IMG/VR virus record: IMGVR_UViG_3300028805_000091 | Span: 1-64,000 of that record | DNA: 64,000 nt | Direction: 5' to 3' (one strand) | Origin: a virus | Lineage: Duplodnaviria; Caudoviricetes | Shown here: positions 9,631 to 18,987 of the stretch, piece after piece | Numbering within the stretch: the stretch's first letter is position 1 | How the letters are laid out: the number at the start of each line of letters is the position of its first letter | Notes under the pieces: generated by a model | Databases searched by the model: none | What the model was told of the DNA's origin: nothing | What the model saw: only the letters and a program-made list of their open reading frames with translations | Made by a program: the position numbers and the translations under genes

Positions 9631-9849
9631 TCATTCTCCATTAAATTCTTTACTGTTTACAGCTTCTTGCCAAGTCGAATATTCAGCTAATAACTTAGAA
9701 AATGTAAAATCATTATTTTCATAACTATCAGTTGTATATCCGTCATCATAAATAATACATATTTGACCTTTATAATCTTCTTCTTTAACAGAAGTTACAA
9801 CAACTTTATACTTATTTGTTGTTTCCCAGACTTGTCCGACTTTAATCAT
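9631..9849 (-). CDS. Hypothetical protein
   Basis: ORF with GGAG RBS. Confidence 0.65.
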   Translation of the reverse strand: MIKVGQVWETTNKYKVVVTSVKEEDYKGQICIIYDDGYTTDSYENNDFTFSKLLAEYSTWQEAVNSKEFNGE

Positions 9850-9875
9850 TTTTCATTTTCCCTCAAATAAATCAT

Positions 9876-10154
9876 CTATCTTGATAAACATTTGGCAAAA
9901 CTTAGTTCTTTTTTCTTAATAAGGTAAATATCTTCCTGATTATTACCATCAAAGTTTACAACAATAGGAATATATCCTAGTTTTAAAAACTTAGTTTCAA
10001 TATCAAAATCAGACATAAGAGATGCCTCTTTATCTCCCCATAAATCAACGGCAATTCTTCTTAAACATTTTCTTTGTCCTGCATAACTACAAAAGTTAAA
10101 AGTCTTTCCATTTAAGTACTCTAAATTGTTTTCCATTATTTTACTCATTGGCAT
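9876..10154 (-). CDS. Hypothetical protein
   Basis: ORF in operon. Confidence 0.6.
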   Translation of the reverse strand: MPMSKIMENNLEYLNGKTFNFCSYAGQRKCLRRIAVDLWGDKEASLMSDFDIETKFLKLGYIPIVVNFDGNNQEDIYLIKKKELSFAKCLSR

Positions 10155-10540
10155 AATTTCTCAACCTCTTGTTTCGTTAGTTTACGACAGTGGTCAAAAA
10201 ACGCATAATTGTTAAGTTTGTAATATGTACGTCCTTTATCTCTATCTATAATAGTTAGTTTACCGATAATAATATCTTCGCAACAATTATTCCAGAAACA
10301 ACACCATTTTCCTAAATCTGCTTCAGTAGCTTCAGGCATCGGACGGACGATTTCTTCTGTTTTATCGTGCCAGTTGATTCTTAGCCAACCACATTCAAAT
10401 ACAAAGATTTCATCTTCAAAAAATTTATATGTTTTATCTGTATATCTCATTACTCTATTTATATTATGTGGTAATATGTCCCACAAATCTTGCATATCTT
10501 TTTTATTTTGTGTATCAAATATCCTTTGTACCATCTTCAT
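10145..10540 (-). CDS. Hypothetical protein
   Basis: ORF with GGAG RBS. Confidence 0.65.
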   Translation of the reverse strand: MKMVQRIFDTQNKKDMQDLWDILPHNINRVMRYTDKTYKFFEDEIFVFECGWLRINWHDKTEEIVRPMPEATEADLGKWCCFWNNCCEDIIIGKLTIIDRDKGRTYYKLNNYAFFDHCRKLTKQEVEKLCQ

Positions 10541-10757
10541 TCTCCGATGTTTTTACAATTTCAATCATTGCAACATTTTTAGTGTTAATAAGAATAGTTG
10601 TTTTACCATCTGATTGAGGTAATTCTATTATTTCATTTTTTGATAATGCTTCTTTTAGTGTTTCTACATAATTTTCTTCAAAAACCGAAATTGTATAATA
10701 TTTCATACTTTGTTGACTACTATATACTGTAACACTATAATTTATTGATTTACTCAT
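10515..10757 (-). CDS. Hypothetical protein
   Basis: ORF with GGAG RBS. Confidence 0.6.
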   Translation of the reverse strand: MSKSINYSVTVYSSQQSMKYYTISVFEENYVETLKEALSKNEIIELPQSDGKTTILINTKNVAMIEIVKTSENEDGTKDI

Positions 10758-10779
10758 TCTTCATTCTCCGATGTTTTTA
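10535..10779. repeat. 22-nt direct repeat at gene junctions
   Basis: TCTTCATTCTCCGATGTTTTTA at 10535-10556 and 10758-10779; contains RBS plus ATG on the minus strand. Confidence 0.8.
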
Positions 10780-10802
10780 TAATATTTAAATTTTTAGTGT
10801 TT

Positions 10803-11024
10803 TCATTTTCCATCTACTTCTCTTAAAAAGCAATTTCTTGAGCAGCTTTTTATATTTAAAATCCTATGTGCTAATTTTTCAAAAAATTTAAATGTATCTT
10901 TATCTAAACCTGAGGCATTCTCTTCATCAACTTCATTAATTATTTTCTCGCCTACAAAACTATTGATAGTGTTAATATAACTGTTCAAAATTAAGCTGTT
11001 CACTTTTGATAAATTTGTTGTCAT
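10803..11024 (-). CDS. Hypothetical protein
   Basis: ORF in operon. Confidence 0.55.
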   Translation of the reverse strand: MTTNLSKVNSLILNSYINTINSFVGEKIINEVDEENASGLDKDTFKFFEKLAHRILNIKSCSRNCFLREVDGK

Positions 11025-11045
11025 TTTTCGCCTGCCTTTATTAAA

Positions 11046-11270
11046 TCAGTCATTTCTATACTTCAAGTCTAATTCTTCGCCAATTTCATGCAATCTTTTT
11101 GCCATTTCAAGAGCAACTTCTGTAACAAATCTTATTGGTCTATCTTTTAAAACTTCCCGCTGTTCAGATTCGGTCATATCACTAAAGCATACATTTTCAA
11201 ATTTGCCGTTACGCTCGATTCTAAAGTATATATCGTCAAGATTTCTATTCATTTTATTTTCTCTCCACAT
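11046..11270 (-). CDS. Hypothetical protein
   Basis: ORF in operon; true start may be MNRNLDD. Confidence 0.6.
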   Translation of the reverse strand: MWRENKMNRNLDDIYFRIERNGKFENVCFSDMTESEQREVLKDRPIRFVTEVALEMAKRLHEIGEELDLKYRND

Positions 11271-11494
11271 ATCTGAATTACTTTATCAAAGAAGTCATCT
11301 AAAGATATTGTCCATTTTTTATCGCCTTTTGTTATTTCAAAAACGCACTCATCTCCGACTTCGTATATGATTTTTTGTATTTTCTGTGCTTTTTCCCACT
11401 CTTTTAAATTAATAGAATACTTGGGTGCATCTTTAATATTTACTAACTCACATTGTTTTAGTATTTTTCCATTTATGTGAATAACGTCAGTCAT
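11249..11494 (-). CDS. Hypothetical protein
   Basis: ORF with AAGGAG RBS. Confidence 0.6.
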   Translation of the reverse strand: MTDVIHINGKILKQCELVNIKDAPKYSINLKEWEKAQKIQKIIYEVGDECVFEITKGDKKWTISLDDFFDKVIQICGEKIK

Positions 11495-11658
11495 CTTGTT
11501 TTAACTCCTTTTTTACCTCTTTGGCTATCTCTTTAGCTAATTTCTTTAAAAGTCTTTCATCTTTTTCATCTCTTAGACCACTATAACATATTACACAAAG
11601 AATTATCATTATGAAAAACACAACTTGTATTAAATCAATCATCTTGTTTTAACTCCTT
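11491..11658. repeat. 20-nt direct repeat at gene junctions
   Basis: TCATCTTGTTTTAACTCCTT at 11491-11510 and 11639-11658, flanking a 51-aa membrane ORF below the track cutoff. Confidence 0.8.
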
Positions 11659-11816
11659 ATCAATTTTTGATAAAATTGTCTTAACTTTCTATGCCAGTTT
11701 TTTAATAAATGCCTTTTAAACCGTTTCTTGTTAGTTTGTTTATATTCACAAATAGACCAACCTTTGTCCGGAGGTATTACATGATAACCTTTGTTAGACT
11801 TCATTTTTCACCAGCC

Positions 11817-12098
11817 CTAAATATTCAAGTTTTTCATTATTTCTAACATATTTTCAAAAGGCACATTCATTTCTATTAGTGTGGGGTATTTATCTATATC
11901 ATTATAATCACAGAATATACCATTACATTTTTCATAGAAAGTTAAAGGTATATCTTCATTTGCTAAAAACTCATCATACTTAAATCTAAAGTAATACCAT
12001 TCTTTTCCTTCACACTTTATATCTACCTCTTCTCTAATAGGTGTAATTAAAACCCAACCGTATTTATTAGCTTTTTTAACTAATTCTTCCCAAGTCAT
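11817..12098 (-). CDS. Hypothetical protein
   Basis: ORF; MTWEEL N-terminus resembles that of the neighbouring ORF. Confidence 0.6.
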   Translation of the reverse strand: MTWEELVKKANKYGWVLITPIREEVDIKCEGKEWYYFRFKYDEFLANEDIPLTFYEKCNGIFCDYNDIDKYPTLIEMNVPFENMLEIMKNLNI

Positions 12099-12322
12099 TT
12101 TAACAACCCTTCAATAATTTTAATCATTTGTTCATAAGTTCTATGTTCAGCAATTGTAATATCATACTCATCCATATCATCACTTACTGTTATATCGCCG
12201 TTTTCTTGAAACCTTACTGTATGATTTCCTTCTGATGATACCCATAGATACTTATAACTTGAATCCCAAACATTTGGGTCATAATGTTCTTCCATATAAG
12301 TTAATAAATCATCCCAAGTCAT
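12095..12322 (-). CDS. Hypothetical protein
   Basis: ORF; MTWDDL N-terminus. Confidence 0.6.
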   Translation of the reverse strand: MTWDDLLTYMEEHYDPNVWDSSYKYLWVSSEGNHTVRFQENGDITVSDDMDEYDITIAEHRTYEQMIKIIEGLLK

Positions 12323-12355
12323 TATTTAATCCTTTTAATTTTATTCTCATATTAC

Positions 12356-12586
12356 TTAATCTTCATACCAACAGCCTGTTTCTTCAGCTAATTCTAAAAA
12401 TTTTTTTGTTATTTTTAAAGCCTTTTTTACTTCTAGTACATCATATTCATTAGCTAAAATTTCTTCAGGATGTAGAGATTCTTCTGTTTGATATATCATT
12501 TGCTCAACACTACAAACTTTAAATGGAACAATTTGACCAAGCTCTTCATTATATCCAATATTTTCTTTTAGTTCATATTCTGACAT
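12356..12586 (-). CDS. Hypothetical protein
   Basis: ORF in operon. Confidence 0.6.
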   Translation of the reverse strand: MSEYELKENIGYNEELGQIVPFKVCSVEQMIYQTEESLHPEEILANEYDVLEVKKALKITKKFLELAEETGCWYED

Positions 12587-12861
12587 TATTTTACCTCACA
12601 TGGAATAGGTTTACCGTCAAAATCAAGATTAATTGAAAGACGTAAAGGTCCTTCTATGAATTCTTTGCCATCTATACAAACTCTCCAATATGACTGCTCT
12701 GAATTTTCATTTACATAATTATAATCATCAGAATCTATATCGTCAATGTTTGTATCACAACCTCCTAATGATACAAACATAAAGAAAAAAAGAATAAGAA
12801 TATCATCAAATACTTTCCATCTTAATTTTCTTTTTAATGCTTTTTCATATTCATCAACCAT
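12586..12861 (-). CDS. Putative lipoprotein/membrane protein
   Basis: Hydrophobic stretch ending in LGGC (lipobox-like). Confidence 0.5.
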   Translation of the reverse strand: MVDEYEKALKRKLRWKVFDDILILFFFMFVSLGGCDTNIDDIDSDDYNYVNENSEQSYWRVCIDGKEFIEGPLRLSINLDFDGKPIPCEVK

Positions 12862-12866
12862 TATTT

Positions 12867-13406
12867 TTAATCCTTAGCTAATTCAAATAATTCATGATAA
12901 TGATCATAAATAAACTGTGTTTCTTTGCAGTAATCTTCTACTACCTCTTGAATATCTTTACTATCATTATTTTTCCATATTTTTTTAAAATTTTCTATAA
13001 GTTTTAAATATTGTTCTTTATCAGATAATTTTAAAAAATATTTATTATATCTTTTACTCCATATATATGAATTTAAAATATCATTATTTAATGTATAAAA
13101 AATCGGACAACTTTCATATTCCATATAATAATGATAACAAGTTAAACAAGATTCTAAATACATAAATTGTGCTGGAGTATAATCTTTATTAATTCTAATT
13201 TTATACATAATTTTATTTAAATCGTGGACCATATTATTTAATCCACATAATTGTTTATTATCTTTATCATATTTATATACATTCCAGAAAGTTTTAATAA
13301 ATTTACTTAAACAATTTATATAATTAACTAAATATTTCTTATCGTTATTAATACGAAAAGGATGTTCTTTAACTAATTTATGTAAATCTAATAACTTTTT
13401 ATTCAT
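12867..13406 (-). CDS. Hypothetical protein
   Basis: 179-aa ORF in operon. Confidence 0.65.
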   Translation of the reverse strand: MNKKLLDLHKLVKEHPFRINNDKKYLVNYINCLSKFIKTFWNVYKYDKDNKQLCGLNNMVHDLNKIMYKIRINKDYTPAQFMYLESCLTCYHYYMEYESCPIFYTLNNDILNSYIWSKRYNKYFLKLSDKEQYLKLIENFKKIWKNNDSKDIQEVVEDYCKETQFIYDHYHELFELAKD

Positions 13407-13812
13407 TATCTTCTATTTCTTTTATATTCATATCTTTTTCTGTTAAAATAAAATTAGCTCCATCTTCAGATTCTATTTGTAATACCGCATTTCTAATTCC
13501 ACAAGCTTTACCTAATTTTTGAGGAATTTCATACCACCATTTTTTAATATCTTCACAATCATTTTTATCATAATCACGTAAATCACCCCAGATAGTTACA
13601 ACACGCATATATGCTGCTCCTTCTTCATTGCGATCTATAATTTCTACATCCAAACTGCCTTCAGAACCATAAGGCATATTTCCATTTTTATTAGGATTAT
13701 AATAAGTATCTCTTGTAAAAATTTTTTCTAAGTCCGTTTTATTAGTAGTATTAAGAATAGCCTTATAATCATCTATTCTAATACATCCTGCTACATGTGT
13801 CCATATACTCAT
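13399..13812 (-). CDS. Hypothetical phage protein
   Basis: 137-aa ORF with MSIWTHVAG...PYGSEGSL...GDLRD pattern. Confidence 0.7.
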   Translation of the reverse strand: MSIWTHVAGCIRIDDYKAILNTTNKTDLEKIFTRDTYYNPNKNGNMPYGSEGSLDVEIIDRNEEGAAYMRVVTIWGDLRDYDKNDCEDIKKWWYEIPQKLGKACGIRNAVLQIESEDGANFILTEKDMNIKEIEDNE

Positions 13813-14015
13813 TATTTATACTCCTTCTTTAATTTATTTATCTTTTCAGAAAAATCACAATCATTACAAATAAAATTATCTATATACTTCGGTTTAGCCA
13901 ATTTTAATGCAACTTGTATTGAATTTTTTAAATATGTATAATACTCTAAATTAGTACTATTACATTTGGGACAATGATAAACAATTATTTTCTTTTTAAA
14001 TATGTCTTTAATCAT
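13812..14015 (-). CDS. Zn-ribbon protein
   Basis: CPKC...CNDC; paralogous to the C-terminal part of 8366..8674. Confidence 0.6.
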   Translation of the reverse strand: MIKDIFKKKIIVYHCPKCNSTNLEYYTYLKNSIQVALKLAKPKYIDNFICNDCDFSEKINKLKKEYK

Positions 14016-14343
14016 CTATTTCTCCAGTAAAATGAGCTTGCTCTAAACTAGGAAGAATTTCCCAACTTCTATACATCATTGCTTCTTTATTAAAGCCGTC
14101 TACTTTAGTAACAATATCTTTAGCTATATTAAATTCATATATTGCTCCACCTATCATACCATATACTTTTGTTTTTTGAATAGAAGTATAAATAAAATAG
14201 CCTTTCTTTAACATTTCAAAAGCATCTTCAAAAGAATGAGTACCTATAAATTTAGTCCAAGTATCATTTCCAATTATAATATAATTAAGTATATTAATTA
14301 AAAGTTTAAGCATTTTATTCCTTTCTATGTTAAATTTAAGCAA
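14008..14343 (-). CDS. Hypothetical protein, weak DUF2829-like pattern
   Basis: SFEDAFEMLKKG ... RSWEIL. Confidence 0.5.
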   Translation of the reverse strand: MLKFNIERNKMLKLLINILNYIIIGNDTWTKFIGTHSFEDAFEMLKKGYFIYTSIQKTKVYGMIGGAIYEFNIAKDIVTKVDGFNKEAMMYRSWEILPSLEQAHFTGEIDD

Positions 14344-14849
14344 TCTTCAAATGGCCAATGTTCATCTTTCCAACTTACAATAAATGGATAATTAACTAAC
14401 ATACCAATTCGTAATATAGGAAACTCTTCCTTTAACTTATCAAAAATTACTTGATTCTTTTTATGGATACGGTTCAAATAATTCCACCAATCATCAGGTA
14501 ACCACATAACAGCATTTGGTTGGATCAGTCTTGTGTCATCTTCAAACAAATAATGGTCTCTATCAAAATATAAACCCAAACTATCATATAATATATATCC
14601 TTTAGCATCCTTATAAGGTAACTTTATACAAAGTTCTGGTCTAATATTTGAATATTCTTTTATTGTAACTTTATAATCTTTAATTCTAAACCCATCTAAA
14701 AACCGTTTAATTTGTTCGACTAACAAATGACAAGCCATTCTACGAGCATCTATAATGTGATGTTCTTTCCAATCCCATTCTTCTTGTTTACCTGCATATT
14801 TTAATGCATATTTATATATTTCTTTTGCTACCTCTTCATTATATTTCAT
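14325..14849 (-). CDS. Hypothetical protein
   Basis: 174-aa ORF in operon. Confidence 0.65.
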   Translation of the reverse strand: MKYNEEVAKEIYKYALKYAGKQEEWDWKEHHIIDARRMACHLLVEQIKRFLDGFRIKDYKVTIKEYSNIRPELCIKLPYKDAKGYILYDSLGLYFDRDHYLFEDDTRLIQPNAVMWLPDDWWNYLNRIHKKNQVIFDKLKEEFPILRIGMLVNYPFIVSWKDEHWPFEDCLNLT

Positions 14850-15068
14850 TTATTGTAATCTTTCTTCTATAAATTTATCACAATCTTTTTTCATATGAAA
14901 TTGACTTCTTTTATTAGTTGGTAAATATACAATTTCATTATCTTTCATAACAAACATAATAGTCTTTTCATTTCCTGTTTTAATTTTACCTGTTGGAATA
15001 GCATAATATATTCCATAACCTTCTTTTTCAGTTATTAAAGTAAATATTATTTCTTTTTGATTACTCAT
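14850..15068 (-). CDS. Hypothetical protein
   Basis: First ORF after a sigma70-like promoter. Confidence 0.6.
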   Translation of the reverse strand: MSNQKEIIFTLITEKEGYGIYYAIPTGKIKTGNEKTIMFVMKDNEIVYLPTNKRSQFHMKKDCDKFIEERLQ

Positions 15069-15094
15069 TTAAATTTCCTTTTATTTTATTAAAA

Positions 15095-15123
15095 AATATA
15101 AACTATAAATCATAACTTGTAAA
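15095..15123 (-). promoter_or_regulatory. sigma70-like promoter of the small-ORF array
   Basis: TTTACA-17 nt-TATATT. Confidence 0.7.
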
Positions 15124-15235
15124 GCCAAAAAAAAAATTTAAAATTTAATAATTTTTAATCTGCTGATTTACTGTTCTAATTTAATAGTTAAGTTTCTAAT
15201 TTATTCACATATAATAATCAAAAAAGAATACATAA

Positions 15236-15640
15236 ATGTCAGTAAAACCTAAATTAGATCCGGAGGTTAAGGTTGAACTATTAATAAAATTGGCTTTTGG
15301 AATTCCAATTGATGAATTAGCTAAAGAATATGATCTTACTCGGGCAAAAATAATAAACTTACGTAAAAATAATTATATAATATATAATGACTTTTTAGAG
15401 CATTGGAAAATTGATAAGCAAGTAGCTGCGTTAGATTTAGTACCAAAAATAGAAAGGGCTCTATCAGTTGTAAAAAAATTTTATAAAACAAAAATTAAAA
15501 TTAAATCTAGTGATGAAATATATTTTAATAATCAACCTTGCTCTACTACTGAAATTGTAGAAATGGCAGATAAGATTTTACAAAAAGATGCAATATATGG
15601 ATTCAAAGATATGTCATTATATATAAAAAACAATTATTAA
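15236..15640 (+). CDS. HTH DNA-binding-like protein
   Basis: GIPIDELAKEYDLTRAKIINL helix-turn-helix pattern. Confidence 0.5.
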   Translation: MSVKPKLDPEVKVELLIKLAFGIPIDELAKEYDLTRAKIINLRKNNYIIYNDFLEHWKIDKQVAALDLVPKIERALSVVKKFYKTKIKIKSSDEIYFNNQPCSTTEIVEMADKILQKDAIYGFKDMSLYIKNNY

Positions 15641-15663
15641 AGTCATTAAAAAGGAGAAAATAA

Positions 15664-16080
15664 ATGGCTGTAACTCAAAAAACAATCGATATTTCAAATA
15701 CTGAATATAACTCAGAATTAGAATGGGCATCAGCAAATGGATACTGGTTAAATTTATTAAACGGTATTACATGGGATGAAAAAATTAAAAAATATAGATT
15801 AACTCCTCTTAAATATTCAACTGTTTCATTATATGGTGAAAAAATTCGTTTTGGTGATGGTCAAGAATTTCAAGTTATCTTTTCATGTTTAGCTTCTGAA
15901 TATTTACATAAACAAAAAGTTAAAGATGAATTTAATGATAAAATTCAATGGCTTAAGGACCAATATAATGAGCAAGTTAAATTAAAACGTCATATCGATA
16001 GTAATAACACAGACTTGAAAAAATTACGTGCTGAAGGTGCTTTAGCAAATAAAGAAGATTTAGCAGACGGATTAGATTAA
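15664..16080 (+). CDS. Hypothetical protein
   Basis: ORF with AGGAG RBS. Confidence 0.7.
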   Translation: MAVTQKTIDISNTEYNSELEWASANGYWLNLLNGITWDEKIKKYRLTPLKYSTVSLYGEKIRFGDGQEFQVIFSCLASEYLHKQKVKDEFNDKIQWLKDQYNEQVKLKRHIDSNNTDLKKLRAEGALANKEDLADGLD

Positions 16081-16081
16081 T

Positions 16082-16387
16082 ATGGTACAAACAGCTAGTA
16101 AAGTAAAGTCATTAGCTGAAGATCTTAATTTAAGTGAGTCTAAGGTCTCAGCTGTACTTTACGGTTATCTTACTTATTGTTTACAAGAAGCCTTATTAGA
16201 CGGTGAAAGCAAAACAATCTTCGGTATGCTAAAATTAGATGAAAGTCATCGATTAGTATTAGAAAATGATATTACAGGTTTAATTAGTTTAATAAACAGG
16301 TCTGATCTCAAATTAATTCGTAAAATTGCTGAAGATGGACCTGCCGCTTCTATATTTGGTATATTAGATGAGACTAGAAAAGTATGA
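16082..16387 (+). CDS. HU/IHF-like DNA-binding protein (divergent)
   Basis: LAEDLNLSESKVSAVL...QEALLDGESKTIFG resembles HU helices and first strand. Confidence 0.4.
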   Translation: MVQTASKVKSLAEDLNLSESKVSAVLYGYLTYCLQEALLDGESKTIFGMLKLDESHRLVLENDITGLISLINRSDLKLIRKIAEDGPAASIFGILDETRKV

Positions 16388-16617
16388 TTTATTCTGAATT
16401 TCAAATGGAAGAAGATTTAGCTGATATAATAGAAGATACTTTTGATACATGCTCAAGTAATCGAGAAGAAATATATTGGCTAATTAGTTTTTTACGCGGA
16501 ATTATAGGAATAAAAAATAAAGATAAACGTACTTTACCAGATAATTACAAATTAAATATGTGGCAGTATCAAATGTATCTTATTCTTGATAAATATAAGC
16601 ATAAATGGAATATGTAA
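16384..16617 (+). CDS. Hypothetical protein
   Basis: ORF in operon. Confidence 0.6.
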   Translation: MIYSEFQMEEDLADIIEDTFDTCSSNREEIYWLISFLRGIIGIKNKDKRTLPDNYKLNMWQYQMYLILDKYKHKWNM

Positions 16618-16618
16618 T

Positions 16619-17104
16619 ATGGCTGAAAAGAAAAAGCAAGGGGAATATACATTATCTTATGAAGAATTATCATCTAATGATATGGTATTCTTATTTTTAA
16701 CTATATTAGAAAGTCGTGGATATCATGGTTTTATAGAGATGATGTCAGTATTAGATAATCCAGGACTTGTTATTAAGTTATTATGCTTATTTTATGGTCT
16801 TTCTGTTCAATTTCCTCCTTTGGAAGAAGTAGAAAAATGTTTAAAAGCAACTGAATATATATTTACTGATATGCATAAAAAAATAAATGATAAATTAGTT
16901 GCTAAACCCTTGGATATTCGTAATCATATGAATCTTACGGAAGAAGAAGAACAAGAAATACTTGATATTTTTGACAATTGGACCTTATATATGGCTAAAA
17001 ACGGTCATGATCCACGTTCACTATTTCATATAAACCGGAATAATACTAAAAAACGTATGGAAATGACTATAAAAGGTAAGAAATGGACAGCTAAAAAGTA
17101 TTAA
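16619..17104 (+). CDS. Hypothetical protein
   Basis: Start adjusted to MAEKKK, directly after the upstream stop. Confidence 0.7.
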   Translation: MAEKKKQGEYTLSYEELSSNDMVFLFLTILESRGYHGFIEMMSVLDNPGLVIKLLCLFYGLSVQFPPLEEVEKCLKATEYIFTDMHKKINDKLVAKPLDIRNHMNLTEEEEQEILDIFDNWTLYMAKNGHDPRSLFHINRNNTKKRMEMTIKGKKWTAKKY

Positions 17105-17156
17105 TCATTAGCTAGTTCTAATATATAGTATATAATTAGAAAAGGAATTATATAAA

Positions 17157-17819
17157 ATGAGTATATCTGATACACCAAAAATTTGGATCGATGAAGATGA
17201 ATTAGATACCTATGACAATACTTCTGCTTTAACACCAGTAGAAGAAACATTGCCATTACCAACTGATGAAGAACGTCAGGATATGTTAAAAGCTAGTAAT
17301 GTTTCTAAAGAAAGTAAAGGAATTCTAGAATCTGTCTTAGAATTAAGCCGTTTAGGTAAACTTGTCCAAGAATTGCGTACTCAAGAAGATGCTGAAGCGA
17401 GACGTGGTGTATTAGATATGTTTTGTGAAAATTTTGTATCTAGTCGTATGCGTAACAATATAGTTGCTGAAAAATTAAAAAATGGATTATTACTTAAACT
17501 TCTTAATAATATAGAAAATTTAGACTTAGAATTAGCTGGACGTTTATATGTAGATTTACAAGAAACAAGTACTAATGATTATGTTCAAGCTATTGGTCAA
17601 ATAAATGGTACTCCAACACCTATGCCTGGTCAACCTGGAATTAATCTTACAATTAATAATGCTACTTCAGAAGGTGCAAGCATTACAAATCAGACTTTAA
17701 ATACTACAGGTGATGATTTGCAAAGACTAAAAGAAACAAATCAATTAAATACTATGTTACATAATACTTCCAGGATGCAATTACCACGTCAAGGACAAAT
17801 AACTGTAACCCAGTCTTAA
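17157..17819 (+). CDS. Hypothetical protein (late-type)
   Basis: 220-aa ORF with RBS, preceded by the GTTCTA motif. Confidence 0.7.
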   Translation: MSISDTPKIWIDEDELDTYDNTSALTPVEETLPLPTDEERQDMLKASNVSKESKGILESVLELSRLGKLVQELRTQEDAEARRGVLDMFCENFVSSRMRNNIVAEKLKNGLLLKLLNNIENLDLELAGRLYVDLQETSTNDYVQAIGQINGTPTPMPGQPGINLTINNATSEGASITNQTLNTTGDDLQRLKETNQLNTMLHNTSRMQLPRQGQITVTQS

Positions 17820-17980
17820 TATACTTTATTACCACTTTTTTATTTTTGTTATAAATAAGCCATATATCTTGTATAGTCTAAAAAATAGGGCTTTACAACT
17901 AGTTCTAATATATGTTATTTTTCATTTTTGAAGTCAGTGCAGTTAGCATTAAAGAGGCAAACGAAAGCAGGATTTAAAAT

Positions 17981-18787
17981 ATGATAAAAAACAAAATTTG
18001 GTTATGCTGCTATTTGACAACGTTATTACTGAGTCAAATAACTCCAGCAGAAGCTAAAACAAATTATGATGCCTTACATACAAAACATGATATTGTAGCA
18101 AAATATGAATGTGGCAAGTTAGGGTATCAAGCTATTAGTAGAGATAGTTATGGTGGATATTCATACGGAAAATGGCAAATTTCAACAAAACGTATAAATG
18201 GTAAACCTTCTACATTTGACTTTTTCTTAAATTATTTAAAGGATAACGATAAAAATATATATATAAAACTTATAAAAGCTGGAGGTTATCAAGCTGCCTT
18301 TAAAGGTAATGAAAACTTTATTAAAACTTGGAAATCTTTAGCTAAAACAGAGTCTTTTAAAGTTGTATATGATAAATTTCTTTTAGATACTCAAATTATT
18401 CCAGTATATACACGTATGGATAAAAGTGGTAATGAGAAATTAGATAAAATAACTACATGGGCTTCTGAGAATAATGCTATACAAGCGGCTCTTAAGTCTA
18501 CAATTATACAACATGGTACAAGTGGGGCATATAAAATATTTGTAAATGTATCGAATATGTCTAAAGATATAAATAAAGATACATTTATTAAAAATTTATA
18601 TACATATAGAAAAATACACTATCCAAAATATAAGACTCGTTATAATTCTGAATGTAAAGATATAATAGCATATCTACACTCAGAAAAAACAAACAAAGAA
18701 GTCGTTAAAAAAGATAAAATCGTTATAGCGGCTAAAACGGGGAAAACACTATCTTGGTGGGATAAACTGAAAAAGCTGATTTCTTAA
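17981..18787 (+). CDS. Secreted lysozyme-like protein (VgrG3 C-terminal-like muramidase fold)
   Basis: Signal peptide ending AEA; KYECG...GGYSYGKWQ motif; IQHG. Confidence 0.6.
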   Translation: MIKNKIWLCCYLTTLLLSQITPAEAKTNYDALHTKHDIVAKYECGKLGYQAISRDSYGGYSYGKWQISTKRINGKPSTFDFFLNYLKDNDKNIYIKLIKAGGYQAAFKGNENFIKTWKSLAKTESFKVVYDKFLLDTQIIPVYTRMDKSGNEKLDKITTWASENNAIQAALKSTIIQHGTSGAYKIFVNVSNMSKDINKDTFIKNLYTYRKIHYPKYKTRYNSECKDIIAYLHSEKTNKEVVKKDKIVIAAKTGKTLSWWDKLKKLIS

Positions 18788-18897
18788 TCTAATTTAATTA
18801 AATTCGTTCGCCTCTTTTACTTTTTTATTTATTTTTAAATTTTTTCCTATTATAATATTTTCTAATTATATAAACATTAACAACTAGAGAGTTTATT

Positions 18898-18987
18898 ATG
18901 ATAGAAGAATACCTTTATGGTCTATGTTGCTTAATTATCTTATTTATAAGTTTAAGTGCAATGTTATATTGGGTATTAAGAGAATAA
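18898..18987 (+). CDS. 29-aa single-TM peptide
   Basis: MIEEYLYGLCCLIILFISLSAMLYWVLRE; below the ORF track cutoff; GAGAG RBS-like sequence. Confidence 0.35.
   Translation: MIEEYLYGLCCLIILFISLSAMLYWVLRE

Noticed and set aside
9625-11658. CRISPR array
   Set aside because: The repeats occur only in pairs, at irregular spacing, and consist of RBS/start junctions; no cas genes are present.
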